From: an uncultured Candidatus Entotheonella sp.
GTDB lineage: Bacteria; Tectomicrobia; Entotheonellia; Entotheonellales; Entotheonellaceae
Direction: 5' to 3'
Length of the DNA: 64,000 bases
NCBI GenBank assembly: GCA_965215335.1
Contig: CBDCDA010000002.1
Location: forward strand, 1,178,979 to 1,242,978
Made by a program: the position numbers and the translations under genes. Shown piece after piece: positions 30,186 through 40,020 of the stretch (its first letter is position 1; every line of letters begins with the position of its first letter). The notes below the pieces were generated by a model. That model searched no databases and was not told the DNA's origin. It saw only the letters and a program-made list of their open reading frames with translations.

Positions 30186-31511
30186 GTGTCGGTCGTCGAT
30201 CAGAAACGGTTGCCGGTGGACATTTTCAAGCTCGACGCCGCACGCCTCCGGCAGGGCTGGTACAGTGATCACTACTTCAACAACAGCACCTTCATCCTGG
30301 GTTCACTGGCCGAGCAAGGCTACCGCTTTCGGGGTGCTTGCGCCGCGCTCGCCGAGCAAGGCGTTGACGTGTCCCAGGTCGACGTCGGCGACATCGACGT
30401 CGACCTGCAGTACTTCACGCGCCGGGCGCCGTTTTCCCTCGTTGCCGGGGTGGACGAGGCGCTGGCCATGTTCAAGCTCTGCACCGGATTCCATGACGAC
30501 CAGGGGCGCTTCATCAACACTGCCGAGAACCTGGAAATCGACGCCGTGCATGACGGCGCCAGGGTGGCGCCCTGGGAGCCCGTCATGCGGGTGCGGGGCC
30601 GCTACCGCGACTTCGCCATTCTGGAAACATCGACCCTCGGCGCCCTGTCCAGGCGCACCCGCATCGCCACCAACGTCTATCAGGCCCTACAGGCGTCCGG
30701 CGGCAAGCCGCTGCTGTTTTTCCCCGCCCGCTTCGACATCTACGAAGCCCAGGCCGGGGACGGCTACGCCTACCGGGTCGCCGTTGACGTGTGGAACCTC
30801 GAGCGGCATGAGACCCTCGATGCGTACATCTCCACCGCAGCGCAGGGCGATTGGTGGGGCGGCAAAGGCAGTGGCACCATGGCCCATGCCTACCTGCTCT
30901 GCTTTCTCCGCGACACCGTGGAGGCCACCCTGCAGTTCGCGTCCCTGCTGCCAGCGGAGACCAAGCGCGTGGCCCTGGTCGACGTCAACAACGACTGCGT
31001 CGGCGACAGCGTCCAAACCGCGGTCGCCATGTTCCAGCGCTACCGGGAGCACGTGGAAGCCGGGCGGCCCGAGGACGCCGGGCGCTACGTCCTGTTCGGT
31101 GTGCGGCCCGACACGCCGGGTGACATGGTCGACGTCAGCGTGGCCCCGCTGGGAGACCCCATGCTGGACTGCGGTGTGAATCCCCGTCTGGTGCGCAACA
31201 TCCGCGAAGCCCTGGATACCCTGGCCGACCGTATCGACCTGCCATACGGCTGGTTGGATCGCGCCCGGCGCTATTTCCGCAGCATCAAGATCGTGGCCAC
31301 GGGCGGCTTCACCCCGCAGCGCATCCGGCAGTTCGAGACGCTGCGCGTGCCGGTGGACGTTTACGGGGTGGGCTCGTTTTTCTTCGAAGGCGAAAACAAC
31401 GACTTCACGGCTGACGTCGTGCGGGTGAAGATCGACGGCGAGTGGCATGACATGGCGAAGAAGGGCCGGGGGGCGCGCCAGAGCGCTCAGGTGCGGCCCG
31501 TCGTTTATTGA
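30186..31511 (+). CDS. nicotinate phosphoribosyltransferase family protein
   Basis: YSDHYF, GTMAHA, LVD.NND, GVRPDT, ATGGF, YGVGS, FTADVV, KKGR motifs; GTG start. Confidence 0.85.
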   Translation: MSVVDQKRLPVDIFKLDAARLRQGWYSDHYFNNSTFILGSLAEQGYRFRGACAALAEQGVDVSQVDVGDIDVDLQYFTRRAPFSLVAGVDEALAMFKLCTGFHDDQGRFINTAENLEIDAVHDGARVAPWEPVMRVRGRYRDFAILETSTLGALSRRTRIATNVYQALQASGGKPLLFFPARFDIYEAQAGDGYAYRVAVDVWNLERHETLDAYISTAAQGDWWGGKGSGTMAHAYLLCFLRDTVEATLQFASLLPAETKRVALVDVNNDCVGDSVQTAVAMFQRYREHVEAGRPEDAGRYVLFGVRPDTPGDMVDVSVAPLGDPMLDCGVNPRLVRNIREALDTLADRIDLPYGWLDRARRYFRSIKIVATGGFTPQRIRQFETLRVPVDVYGVGSFFFEGENNDFTADVVRVKIDGEWHDMAKKGRGARQSAQVRPVVY

Positions 31512-31542
31512 GCGAGGCATCCAGCCGACGGAAGAGGAGCGT

Positions 31543-32418
31543 GTGCGCGCGTTAGTCGTTTACAAGAAGAGTCACTACGAACTCTACGAGTCGCGGACGG
31601 GTATCGGGACCCTGCGCAAGCAGGTGCATCCGTTCGTTCAGACCATGAAGTCGAGTCATGATGCGAATCAGCGTACGCTGGCTGCCGTGCATCGGGCTTT
31701 CGAGGCCGTGGGGGTATCCTACGACTGCATCTATCGCGGGGCGTTGCGCAGTGTGGAAGGCTACGACCTGTTGTGCAGCGTCGGGGGCGACGGGACCTTT
31801 CTGGAAGTGGCGCGGCACAGCGTGGCGACGCCGGTGCTGGGGATCAATTCCGATCCGCAGCGCAGCATCGCCTTGTTCTGCGCCGCCGATCAGGGGACGG
31901 TCCAGAAGCGCCTGGAAGCCGCCCTGGCGGGTGACCTGCACGAGGTACGGCTGGCACGCCTGCAGGTGACCGTCAACGGGGAGCCGCTTGGCTACTACGC
32001 TCTGAACGACTTGCTGTTCTGCCACGCCAACCCTGCCGCCATGACGTCATACACCCTGCGGCTGGGCGACGTGAAGGAGGCACAGAAGAGTTCCGGTGTG
32101 TGGTTCGCCAGCGCCGCGGGGTCCACCGCCGCCATCCGGTCGGCGGGCGGGCGTCGGCTGCCTTTGCGTTCGCGTCGCCTGCAGTATCTGGTGCGCGAAC
32201 CGTACATTGCCGACGGTTCGCCCTATCGCCTCGGCAAAGGGCTGGTGGCGCCGGGCGCACAGGTGGAATTGACCTCGAAGACGCGCCAAGGGCGGCTTTA
32301 CATCGATGGGTCGCACCGCCACGTGCCTTGCGGCCTGGGCGACGTGATGCAGGTGAGCACTGTCGCTCCACCCCTCCGCGTGCTCGGCCTCGACGCCCGT
32401 CGGCGTCAGCGGTTCTGA
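31543..32418 (+). CDS. NAD(+)/NADH kinase
   Basis: GGDGT, GINSDP, ALND, SSG, AGSTA..SAGG motifs. Confidence 0.9.
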   Translation: MRALVVYKKSHYELYESRTGIGTLRKQVHPFVQTMKSSHDANQRTLAAVHRAFEAVGVSYDCIYRGALRSVEGYDLLCSVGGDGTFLEVARHSVATPVLGINSDPQRSIALFCAADQGTVQKRLEAALAGDLHEVRLARLQVTVNGEPLGYYALNDLLFCHANPAAMTSYTLRLGDVKEAQKSSGVWFASAAGSTAAIRSAGGRRLPLRSRRLQYLVREPYIADGSPYRLGKGLVAPGAQVELTSKTRQGRLYIDGSHRHVPCGLGDVMQVSTVAPPLRVLGLDARRRQRF

Positions 32419-32456
32419 GGCGATGCTTTCCCACCCGTTGAAAAAAGGATGATCCC

Positions 32457-34088
32457 TTGAGCGACGTTGCAAGCGCGATGATCGATGTGTTGGCCGAGGC
32501 CGGTGTGCGGCACGTCTTCGGCGTGCCGAGTGGTCCTTGGGCGCCGTTCATGGACGCCATGCGGAGCGGACCGGTGGCGTTCGTGCTGACGAGCACGGAG
32601 GCCGCCGCCGGGTTCATGGCCGACGTGTGCAGCCGTCTCACCGGCAAGCCCGGCGCCTGTTATGGCACCTTTGGGCCGGGCGCCACGAATCTGTGCACGG
32701 GCGTCGGCGCTGCTTATCTGGACCGCTCGCCGGTGCTGGCGTTCACGACCGAAGCGCCGGAAAGCATGCGGCACCGGACGCTTCAGATGCACATCGACCA
32801 CCAGGCCCTGTTCGCACCGTTGACCAAATGGACGACGCGCCTGTCGCCGACAACCGTGCGCCAGACGCTGCGGCGCGCCGTGCAGGTGGCGACGGCCGAG
32901 GTGCCCGGCCCGGTGCACGTCGGCCTGCCGGCGGACATCGGCAAGCAGGCAGCGGCGCCGGAGATGGGCAGCGCGCCCGTTCAGCAGGGGGCGGCGATGG
33001 CGGCTCCTGACGCGGCGCAACTGGAGCACATGGCGGATTTGTTGCGGCGGGCGAAACGCCCGCTGCTGGTGGTCGGACTGTCCTGCCTGCGGGCCGCGGG
33101 TCACGACGAGCTGGTGCAGCTCGTCGAGCGGCAGTGCTTGCCCGTCGTGTTCTCCCCCATGGCCAAGGGATTCATCAGTGAGCAGCATCCTACCTATGGC
33201 GGCGTTCTGTTTCACGCGCTGAGCGACGTCGTCGCCGAAACGATACGAGATGCCGACTTGGTGCTGGCCTTGGGGTACGATCCTATCGAGTTCAACTACG
33301 AGGATTGGCTGACCGCCGTGCCGCTCGTCCACGTCGATACGACCCCTGCCGATGTGGATGCCTCGTGCCACCTGGCGGCCGAGGTTGTCGGCGACATCGG
33401 CGCGGCGCTTCATTTCCTGGCGCAATTGCCGCCCCTGACGCATGCCTGGGACCTGTCGGCGTTGGAAGATCGGCGGCGACGCCTGTTCGATACCCTGACG
33501 GCGCCGCGCGCTTCCTTGTCCCCATCGCAAGTTGTGTCCGCGGTGCAGGAACTGTTGCCCGAAGATGGGTGGCTGGCCTGTGACGTCGGTGCGCACACCC
33601 ATCTGATTGGCCAGTTGTGGCGCGCCTCAAGACCTGGGCAGTTGATCATGACCAACGGCTGGTCGTCCATGGGCTTCGGCATCCCGGCGGCCCTGGCCGC
33701 CAAGCTCTGCCAGCCGCAACAAAAGGTGGTGTGCATTACCGGGGATGGGGGATTCCTGATGATGGTAGGCGAAATGGCCACCGCCGTGCGGCTGGGGTTG
33801 GCGGTGGTGGTCGTCGTGCTGGTGGACCGGCACCTGCAGCTCATCACCGTCAAGCAGGAACGCCAGGGCTATCCCTGCTACGGTACGCCGCTGTTTCCCG
33901 CCGCTTATCCGTCGCCGTCGCACTATTTCGGCGTTCCCGTGCTGCCGGCAACAACGGTTGCCGAGGTGCACGAGGCGATTGCCCAGGGGCTCGCCGCTTC
34001 CGGGCCCGTTATCGTCGAGGCGGCGGTCGATCCGTCGGAATACGACGAGATCATTCTGCGGCCCCACAAGCTCGCCAAGCGAGCATAA
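32457..34088 (+). CDS. thiamine-pyrophosphate-binding enzyme (acetolactate synthase large-subunit-like)
   Basis: VFGVP, GPGATN, SMGFGIPAA, GDGGF motifs. Confidence 0.9.
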   Translation: MSDVASAMIDVLAEAGVRHVFGVPSGPWAPFMDAMRSGPVAFVLTSTEAAAGFMADVCSRLTGKPGACYGTFGPGATNLCTGVGAAYLDRSPVLAFTTEAPESMRHRTLQMHIDHQALFAPLTKWTTRLSPTTVRQTLRRAVQVATAEVPGPVHVGLPADIGKQAAAPEMGSAPVQQGAAMAAPDAAQLEHMADLLRRAKRPLLVVGLSCLRAAGHDELVQLVERQCLPVVFSPMAKGFISEQHPTYGGVLFHALSDVVAETIRDADLVLALGYDPIEFNYEDWLTAVPLVHVDTTPADVDASCHLAAEVVGDIGAALHFLAQLPPLTHAWDLSALEDRRRRLFDTLTAPRASLSPSQVVSAVQELLPEDGWLACDVGAHTHLIGQLWRASRPGQLIMTNGWSSMGFGIPAALAAKLCQPQQKVVCITGDGGFLMMVGEMATAVRLGLAVVVVVLVDRHLQLITVKQERQGYPCYGTPLFPAAYPSPSHYFGVPVLPATTVAEVHEAIAQGLAASGPVIVEAAVDPSEYDEIILRPHKLAKRA

Positions 34089-34125
34089 AAAAATCCGTCT
34101 GTCAGGACGCTGCCTGGCAGACGGA
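34087..34125 (-). terminator. rho-independent terminator of the cold-shock gene
   Basis: TCCGTCTGCCAGG-loop-CCTGACAGACGGA followed by a T-run on the minus strand. Confidence 0.8.
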
Positions 34126-34149
34126 CCGTTAAGCAGTACCGCTAACGCC

Positions 34150-34350
34150 TTACATCTTGTTGACGTTCGTGGCCTGCTCGCCCTTGGGACCGTTCACGAC
34201 CTCGAATTCTACCTCTTCCCCTTCCGAGAGGGTCTTAAAGCCGTCGCCCTGGATCGCTGAGAAGTGCACGAAAATGTCTTTCTCACCCTCACGGGCAATG
34301 AAGCCATAGCCCTTGCGATCATCGAACCATTTTACCGAACCTTTCGCCAT
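34150..34350 (-). CDS. cold-shock protein (CspA family)
   Basis: [25 protein letters not shown] motifs; 66 aa. Confidence 0.97.
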   Translation of the reverse strand: MAKGSVKWFDDRKGYGFIAREGEKDIFVHFSAIQGDGFKTLSEGEEVEFEVVNGPKGEQATNVNKM

Positions 34351-34507
34351 GCGACGTTCTCCGTACCTTTGCACAAATCAGAACTACTCTGAGAACCGGC
34401 CAACAACCCTGCGATTCCCGCCAGCAGTGCAGAAGGGCTAAGGGGAATACCACAATGCAACCGGGCGTGCCCAAGAGCAATGCGTCCTGTAGTACCGCTA
34501 ACCCTCT

Positions 34508-35062
34508 CTACATCAAACGCGGCACTATAGCAACGGCAGGCAGGGCTGTCAAGAATCGTTTGGGCAAGGATTCTCGCGGCTTCGGGCGTGTCGATTCACG
34601 CGAAAGTCGTTGCAGCGGATAACGGCGTTCCTGCCATGCGGGCATGCCGCCTTCAAGCACCGCCATGTTGCGATGACCCTGCCGATACAGGTACTGATAG
34701 GCCAGACTGGCCAGGTGGTGCGGGCAGGTTCAATACAGCACCACGGGGATGTCTGTGGGGATTTCATCCAGGCTGTAGGGCAGGATGCCCAAGGGGATGG
34801 AAACGGCGCCGGGCAGGTGGCCGCGCGCGTAGTCGCCGTAGCCGCGCACATCGATGATCCTGAGAGGTACGCCGGCGTCGATGCGGGCTTTCAACCCATC
34901 AACGCCGGTGAATTTGACGGCAATGTCCTGCGCGACCTTCTGCTGCGCAAACTGCGGATAGTCACGCGGGTCCGCCGAGACGGTTGCGGCGCAGGCAAGC
35001 CCGAGCATGAGAATGCCGCCGACCAGGCTAAAGGCGCGGCGGCACGAGGTTCTGTCCGTCAT
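34508..35062 (-). CDS. exported rhodanese-like protein, probable selenoprotein (Sec at codon 111)
   Basis: IIDVR...GHLPGA...VVLY-TGA(34730-34732)-TCPHHLASLAY...GHRNMAVLEGGMPAW; frame stays open to TAG at 34508. Confidence 0.8.
34524..34552 (-). promoter_or_regulatory. sigma70 promoter of the cold-shock gene
   Basis: TTGACA-N17-TATAGT; implies a 5' UTR of about 165 nt. Confidence 0.75.
34700..34712 (-). promoter_or_regulatory. candidate bacterial SECIS apical hairpin
   Basis: GGCCA-GUC-UGGCC at +18 to +30 after the in-frame UGA. Confidence 0.55.
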
Positions 35063-35281
35063 GTGCTTCTCCTTGGTGGAAACGGCGTTACGCCAGGTGA
35101 CGGCGTGTCCAAGCCGTGCAATCCGGGGATTCTAACCAACCACCGAGGGACTGGAAAGGAATATCTCGGCGGCAGAAACGAGGCTTGTCAGGCGCGTAAC
35201 GTCTATGGTATTAACGTGCTCTTCACCACAGATCAAGGGTCCATGAGGGTTTCACGTTCGCATGCGAAAAGGGAGACAGCG

Positions 35282-36610
35282 ATGCGGCAAGAGGGGCATG
35301 GGTGGCGAACAGGCGGGAACGTGTGGCGGCCGGGGACGATCACCCGCCGGCGCTTTGTCGGGGTTGGGGCGGCGTCGGTGGCCGCCGGCGCGCTTGGCGC
35401 CGCCATGCTGGTGCCGTCACCGTGGCGTCAGGTGTTCGGCTCCGAGAAGCCGATCAAGGTCGGCGGCATCCAGCCATTGACGGGACCCGCCGCCGGCGGT
35501 GGGCTGATGGCGAAGGTCGGACAGGAAGTCGCCGCTGAACGCATCAACGCCGCGGGCGGCGTCAACGGGCGCCCCATCGAGCTGATCGTCGAAGACTCCG
35601 AAGGCAAGCCGGCCGCCGGCATCCGCAAAACCCGCAAGCTGCTCACCCGCGACCGTATCGACGTGGGACAGGGCGGCTTCATGAGCAACGTGTGCATCGC
35701 CTGCATGCCCGAATACCGTCGCACCCGCATCGTCAACATGATCGGCGTCTGCCTCGATACCACCATTACCACCTCGCGCTGCGACCGCTACACGTTTCGC
35801 CCCTTCGATTACGCCCCGGCGCAGGCGGTGGCCTTCGCGCCGTATCTGGTGAACAACATCGGCAAGAAATGGCACATCCTTTTTGCCGATTACGCCTGGG
35901 GCCAATCGACCCGCGACGCTTACCGGGACGGCATCCAGAACCAGGGCGGCGAAGTGGTCGGCACCACCGGCATTCCGCTCGGCACGGCCGACATGGTGCC
36001 CTTTCTCAGCAAGATCAGGGGTGATTTCGACGGTCTGTTCATGATCTTTTTCGGCAAGGATGGCGTCAACGTGGTTACCCAGGCGCACAATATCGGTCTG
36101 CACAGGAAGTACCGTTTTGCCGGCGACGGCGCCGCCGTGGTGGCGGGCACGAATCTCCCGGCACAGAAGGAGAAGGCGCTTGGATTCGTCGGCATCGACC
36201 GCTATCTCCCGATCTTCCAGGGACCGCTCGATACCGGACATCACAAGAAGTTTTTCGACGCCGTGTTCGAGCACTCGAAGAAATACGACCCACAGGGCAT
36301 CCTGCCCGACCGCTACAGCCAGTCGAACTTCGAAGCCCTGAACGTCCTGAAAGTCGGCATGGAAGCCTGCGATTTCCGGGGCCGTTCGGATACCGAGAAA
36401 CTCGTCGAAGCCCTGGAGGGGCTGCAAGTTTACGTCGGGGACGATTTTCCCACCGGCGACAAGCTGCTGCGCAAGGCCGACCACCAGGCTTTCACCAACG
36501 AGTACATCTTCGAGGTGGTGCAGGGTGACGGCGATACCTACCAGCCCAAGGTGCTGCAAGTCGTGCCGTGGCAGGACACGATCGTACCGCCGGCGTGCCA
36601 GTTTGCCTGA
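35282..36610 (+). CDS. branched-chain amino acid-type ABC transporter substrate-binding protein (Tat signal)
   Basis: TRRRFV; INAAGGVNGRPIELIVED; DYAWG motifs. Confidence 0.9.
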   Translation: MRQEGHGWRTGGNVWRPGTITRRRFVGVGAASVAAGALGAAMLVPSPWRQVFGSEKPIKVGGIQPLTGPAAGGGLMAKVGQEVAAERINAAGGVNGRPIELIVEDSEGKPAAGIRKTRKLLTRDRIDVGQGGFMSNVCIACMPEYRRTRIVNMIGVCLDTTITTSRCDRYTFRPFDYAPAQAVAFAPYLVNNIGKKWHILFADYAWGQSTRDAYRDGIQNQGGEVVGTTGIPLGTADMVPFLSKIRGDFDGLFMIFFGKDGVNVVTQAHNIGLHRKYRFAGDGAAVVAGTNLPAQKEKALGFVGIDRYLPIFQGPLDTGHHKKFFDAVFEHSKKYDPQGILPDRYSQSNFEALNVLKVGMEACDFRGRSDTEKLVEALEGLQVYVGDDFPTGDKLLRKADHQAFTNEYIFEVVQGDGDTYQPKVLQVVPWQDTIVPPACQFA

Positions 36611-36635
36611 CACCCGGACGCGCTAGCGAGGCGGC

Positions 36636-37382
36636 ATGAGCGACAGCACCCACCCCTTGATTACCGAAAAACTGACCATGCACTTCGGCGGCCTGGCGGC
36701 CCTGGAGGACATTGATCTGGTCGTCGAGCGGGGCACGACGCACGCCATCATCGGCCCCAACGGCGCCGGCAAGAGCACCTTCTTCAACTGCCTGACGGGC
36801 CTGTTGCGCCCGACCAGCGGGCGCGTCCTGCTGGAAGGCAAGGACATCACGGGCCTGCCGCCGGAGCGCATTTCGCAGCTCGGCGTGGCGCGCTCGTATC
36901 AGATCACCAATATCTTTCCTGGCTCCACCTGCCTGGAAAACGTCCGCGTTGCCGTGCAGTCTCGCCAGCCCGCCTCGTCGTTCCTGCGCCACCACCGCGC
37001 CGACGCGGCCGCGCTGGAAAGCGCGGCGGGCATCATCGACATCATCGGTCTGGGCGGCAAGGAGGACGTGGCGGCCGCCAACCTCTCCCACGGACAGCAG
37101 CGCAACCTGGAGATCGGCATTGCCTTGGCGACCGAACCCGCGCTGCTCTGCCTGGACGAGCCGACCGCCGGCATGAGCGCCTCGGAAACCCGCGACATCG
37201 TGGCGTTGATTCGACGCATCGGCGCCAGCCTGACGATTCTCATCGTCGAGCACGACATGCAGGTCGTCATGAGCCTTGCGCAGCGCATCACGGTTCTGGA
37301 TTACGGCCAGGTTCTGGCGCAGGGCACGCCCGAGGAAATCCAGGCCAACCCGCAGGTGCAGGAAGCCTACCTGAAGATATGA
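36636..37382 (+). CDS. ABC transporter ATP-binding protein, LivG-like
   Basis: GPNGAGKST, LSHG, LDEPTAG, EHDM motifs. Confidence 0.93.
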   Translation: MSDSTHPLITEKLTMHFGGLAALEDIDLVVERGTTHAIIGPNGAGKSTFFNCLTGLLRPTSGRVLLEGKDITGLPPERISQLGVARSYQITNIFPGSTCLENVRVAVQSRQPASSFLRHHRADAAALESAAGIIDIIGLGGKEDVAAANLSHGQQRNLEIGIALATEPALLCLDEPTAGMSASETRDIVALIRRIGASLTILIVEHDMQVVMSLAQRITVLDYGQVLAQGTPEEIQANPQVQEAYLKI

Positions 37383-37389
37383 GGGAGCC

Positions 37390-38103
37390 ATGCTGAAGTT
37401 GCAGGACGTCCAGGCGTTCTACGGCAAGAGCCACGTGTTGCACGGCGTCAGCCTGGAGGTGGCCGGCGGCCAGGTCGTGGGGCTGCTCGGGCGCAACGGG
37501 GTGGGGAAGAGCACCACCCTGAAAGCCATCATGGGCCTGGTGGCCGTCCGCAGCGGTTTGATCACCTTTGGCGGGCACGACCTGCACCGGCAGAAGCCCT
37601 ACCGGATTCCCCGCCTCGGCATTGGCTACGTGCCCGAGGACCGGCGCATCTTTCCCCGGCTGACCGTGCTGGACAACCTGCGGACCGGGCTTGATCGCCA
37701 AGGCGCTTCCGCCGCGCGTACCGAGCAGTTGCTCGAACAGGCGTATACCAGCTTTCCGCGCCTCAAGGAACGCCAGCGGCAACTCGCCGGTACCCTGTCC
37801 GGCGGCGAGCAGCAGATGCTGGCTATCGCGCGGGCCATGATGCTCGACCCGCAGATCATCCTGCTGGACGAGCCCACCGAGGGCCTCATGCCGCGTCTGG
37901 TGGGACAGATTCGGGAGATCATCGAGGTGCTGCGCCGGGCGAGCGTGTCGATCCTGCTGGTGGAGCAGAATGTGCCCATGACCCTCGCCGTCAGCGACCG
38001 CGTGTATCTCATGGAGCGCGGCGCCGTCCGCCACGAGGCGCCAGCGAGCGAGCTCTCCGTGGACGCCGCCGTGATCCACAAGTATCTGGGGGTGCAGGGA
38101 TGA
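37390..38103 (+). CDS. ABC transporter ATP-binding protein, LivF-like
   Basis: GRNGVGKST, LSGGEQQM, LDEP, VEQN motifs. Confidence 0.93.
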   Translation: MLKLQDVQAFYGKSHVLHGVSLEVAGGQVVGLLGRNGVGKSTTLKAIMGLVAVRSGLITFGGHDLHRQKPYRIPRLGIGYVPEDRRIFPRLTVLDNLRTGLDRQGASAARTEQLLEQAYTSFPRLKERQRQLAGTLSGGEQQMLAIARAMMLDPQIILLDEPTEGLMPRLVGQIREIIEVLRRASVSILLVEQNVPMTLAVSDRVYLMERGAVRHEAPASELSVDAAVIHKYLGVQG

Positions 38104-38972
38104 GCGAATTGTTCCAGGACCTGGTGGTGCAAATGCTCATCGGCATTTCCACCGGCCTGATCCTGGCCCTGGTGGCGTCCGGCCTGACCCTGATTTTCGG
38201 CATCATGGACGTGGTGAACTTCGCGCACGGCGAGTTGTTCATGCTGGGCGCCTACATGGGCTGGGTATTTTTCACCATGACCGGCAGCTTCTGGCTGGGC
38301 CTGGCCGCCGCCGGGCTGTGCGTCTTCGTCTTCGGCCTGATCATGCAGCGCGGTGCGCTGCGTTCGCTCATCGGCAGCGACCCGCTCACCACCATCCTGG
38401 CGACTTTCGGGCTCAGCCTGGTCCTGCAGACGGCGGCCATCTGGATCTGGGGACCCACCGTGCGCCGGGTCGAGGCCGCCCTCACCGGCCACGTGGCCGT
38501 CTTCCACCTGCAGTTCCCCGTCTACCGCTTCCTGGTTGCCGTGCTGTCCCTCGCCATCATCGGCGGGCTGTGGCTCTTCATGCACCGCGGGCGCTTCGGG
38601 CTGTGGATTCGCGCCACCACCCAGGATCGCCAGATGGCTCTGGCCATGGGCATTCCCGTGCCGCTCGTGCACACCGTGGTGTTCGGCATCGGCGCGGCCA
38701 TGGCGGCCATCAGCGGGTACTTGTACGCGCCGATCCTGGGCGTCGATCCGACCATGGGCGTCAACAATATCCTGCGCGCCTTCATCATCGTCGTCGTGGG
38801 CGGCATGGGCAATCTGTGGGGATCGGTGCTCGCCGCCGTGTTCATCGGCGTGCTGGAGGCGTTGGCGGTCATCTGGGTCAGCCCGGCCCTGGCGGTCATC
38901 TTTTCATTCGCCGCGCTGATTGTCACCCTGCTCGTCCGCCCCACGGGTCTGTTCGTGGCGGTGCCGCGCTAG
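38100..38972 (+). CDS. ABC transporter permease, LivH-like
   Basis: GLTLIFG...VNFAHGE, VGGMG motifs. Confidence 0.93.
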   Translation: MSELFQDLVVQMLIGISTGLILALVASGLTLIFGIMDVVNFAHGELFMLGAYMGWVFFTMTGSFWLGLAAAGLCVFVFGLIMQRGALRSLIGSDPLTTILATFGLSLVLQTAAIWIWGPTVRRVEAALTGHVAVFHLQFPVYRFLVAVLSLAIIGGLWLFMHRGRFGLWIRATTQDRQMALAMGIPVPLVHTVVFGIGAAMAAISGYLYAPILGVDPTMGVNNILRAFIIVVVGGMGNLWGSVLAAVFIGVLEALAVIWVSPALAVIFSFAALIVTLLVRPTGLFVAVPR

Positions 38973-38987
38973 GGAAGGGAGGAAGCG

Positions 38988-39977
38988 TTGGTAGCAGAGG
39001 TCCGCATGACAGGTACCCGGAGCGCCGAAAAGCCCGGTTTCTGGATCGCCTTTCTCGTCGTCGTGGCGGTGCTGGCCGTGGCGCCCCTGTGGTTCCCGAA
39101 CGACTTCTGGCAACGGCTGCTCACCGAGGTGCTGATCCTCGGGCTCCTGGCCATGTCGTCCGACCTGCTGATCGGCTACGTCGGCATGGTGTCCTTCGGC
39201 CACGCCCTGTTCTTCGGCACCGGCTGCTACGGCGCCGCCTACGCCCTGATGTGGACGGAATCCCCGCTGGCCCTGTGGCTGGCGCTGCTTCTGGGCCTCG
39301 TGGGAGCGGGTATCATGGGCGTCTTCGTCGCCTACTATTCCACCCGCCTGCGCGACATCTATTTTTCGATCACCACGCTGGTATTCGCGCAGATTTTCTG
39401 GGTCATCGTCTTCACCTGGACCGCCGTCACCGGCGGCGAAAACGGCCTCGTGTTCAGCCCGCCGCGGCTGTCGTTCCTGGGCCTGTTTGCGGCCGAATTC
39501 ACGACGATGTCGATGCACTGGTTCGTGCTGACCGTGGTGGCGCTGTGCTACGTGTTCTGCCGTCGCGTCACCCAGTCGCCGTTCGGCAAGGTGTTGCAGG
39601 CCATCCGCGAGAACGAGCCGCGCACGCGGGCCATTGGCTACAACGTCGAGCGCCACAAGATGGGCATGGTCATGCTCTCGGCGCTGGTCGCCGGGCTGTC
39701 CGGGGCGCTGTACGGCATCTTCAACGCCTACGCGGCGCCGGATTACTTTTTCTTCCTGCAATCGGGCGAAACGGTGATCTACAACGTGCTGGGCGGCATC
39801 GGCACGCTGGTCGGCCCCGTTCTGGGCGCCGGGGTGTTCGTGCTGCTCAAGGAACTGTTCAGCACCTATTGGAGTCCCGAGTACTACCTGATTCCCGTTG
39901 GCCTGCTGTTCACGGCCATGGTGATCTACATGCCGCAAGGGCTGCTGGGCTTTCTGCGGCGCAAGCTCAACACGTAG
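38988..39977 (+). CDS. ABC transporter permease, LivM-like
   Basis: SFGHALFFG, TGGENG, AIRENE, PQGL motifs. Confidence 0.92.
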   Translation: MVAEVRMTGTRSAEKPGFWIAFLVVVAVLAVAPLWFPNDFWQRLLTEVLILGLLAMSSDLLIGYVGMVSFGHALFFGTGCYGAAYALMWTESPLALWLALLLGLVGAGIMGVFVAYYSTRLRDIYFSITTLVFAQIFWVIVFTWTAVTGGENGLVFSPPRLSFLGLFAAEFTTMSMHWFVLTVVALCYVFCRRVTQSPFGKVLQAIRENEPRTRAIGYNVERHKMGMVMLSALVAGLSGALYGIFNAYAAPDYFFFLQSGETVIYNVLGGIGTLVGPVLGAGVFVLLKELFSTYWSPEYYLIPVGLLFTAMVIYMPQGLLGFLRRKLNT

Positions 39978-40020
39978 CGCCGGGGTCGCGGGACCATGCC
40001 GGCGCGCAGGAGGGAGGGCT

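Noticed and set aside
34610..35281. N-terminal extension of the 666-aa ORF
   Set aside because: It is antisense to the rhodanese gene; the ABC binding protein starts near its Tat signal at about 35282
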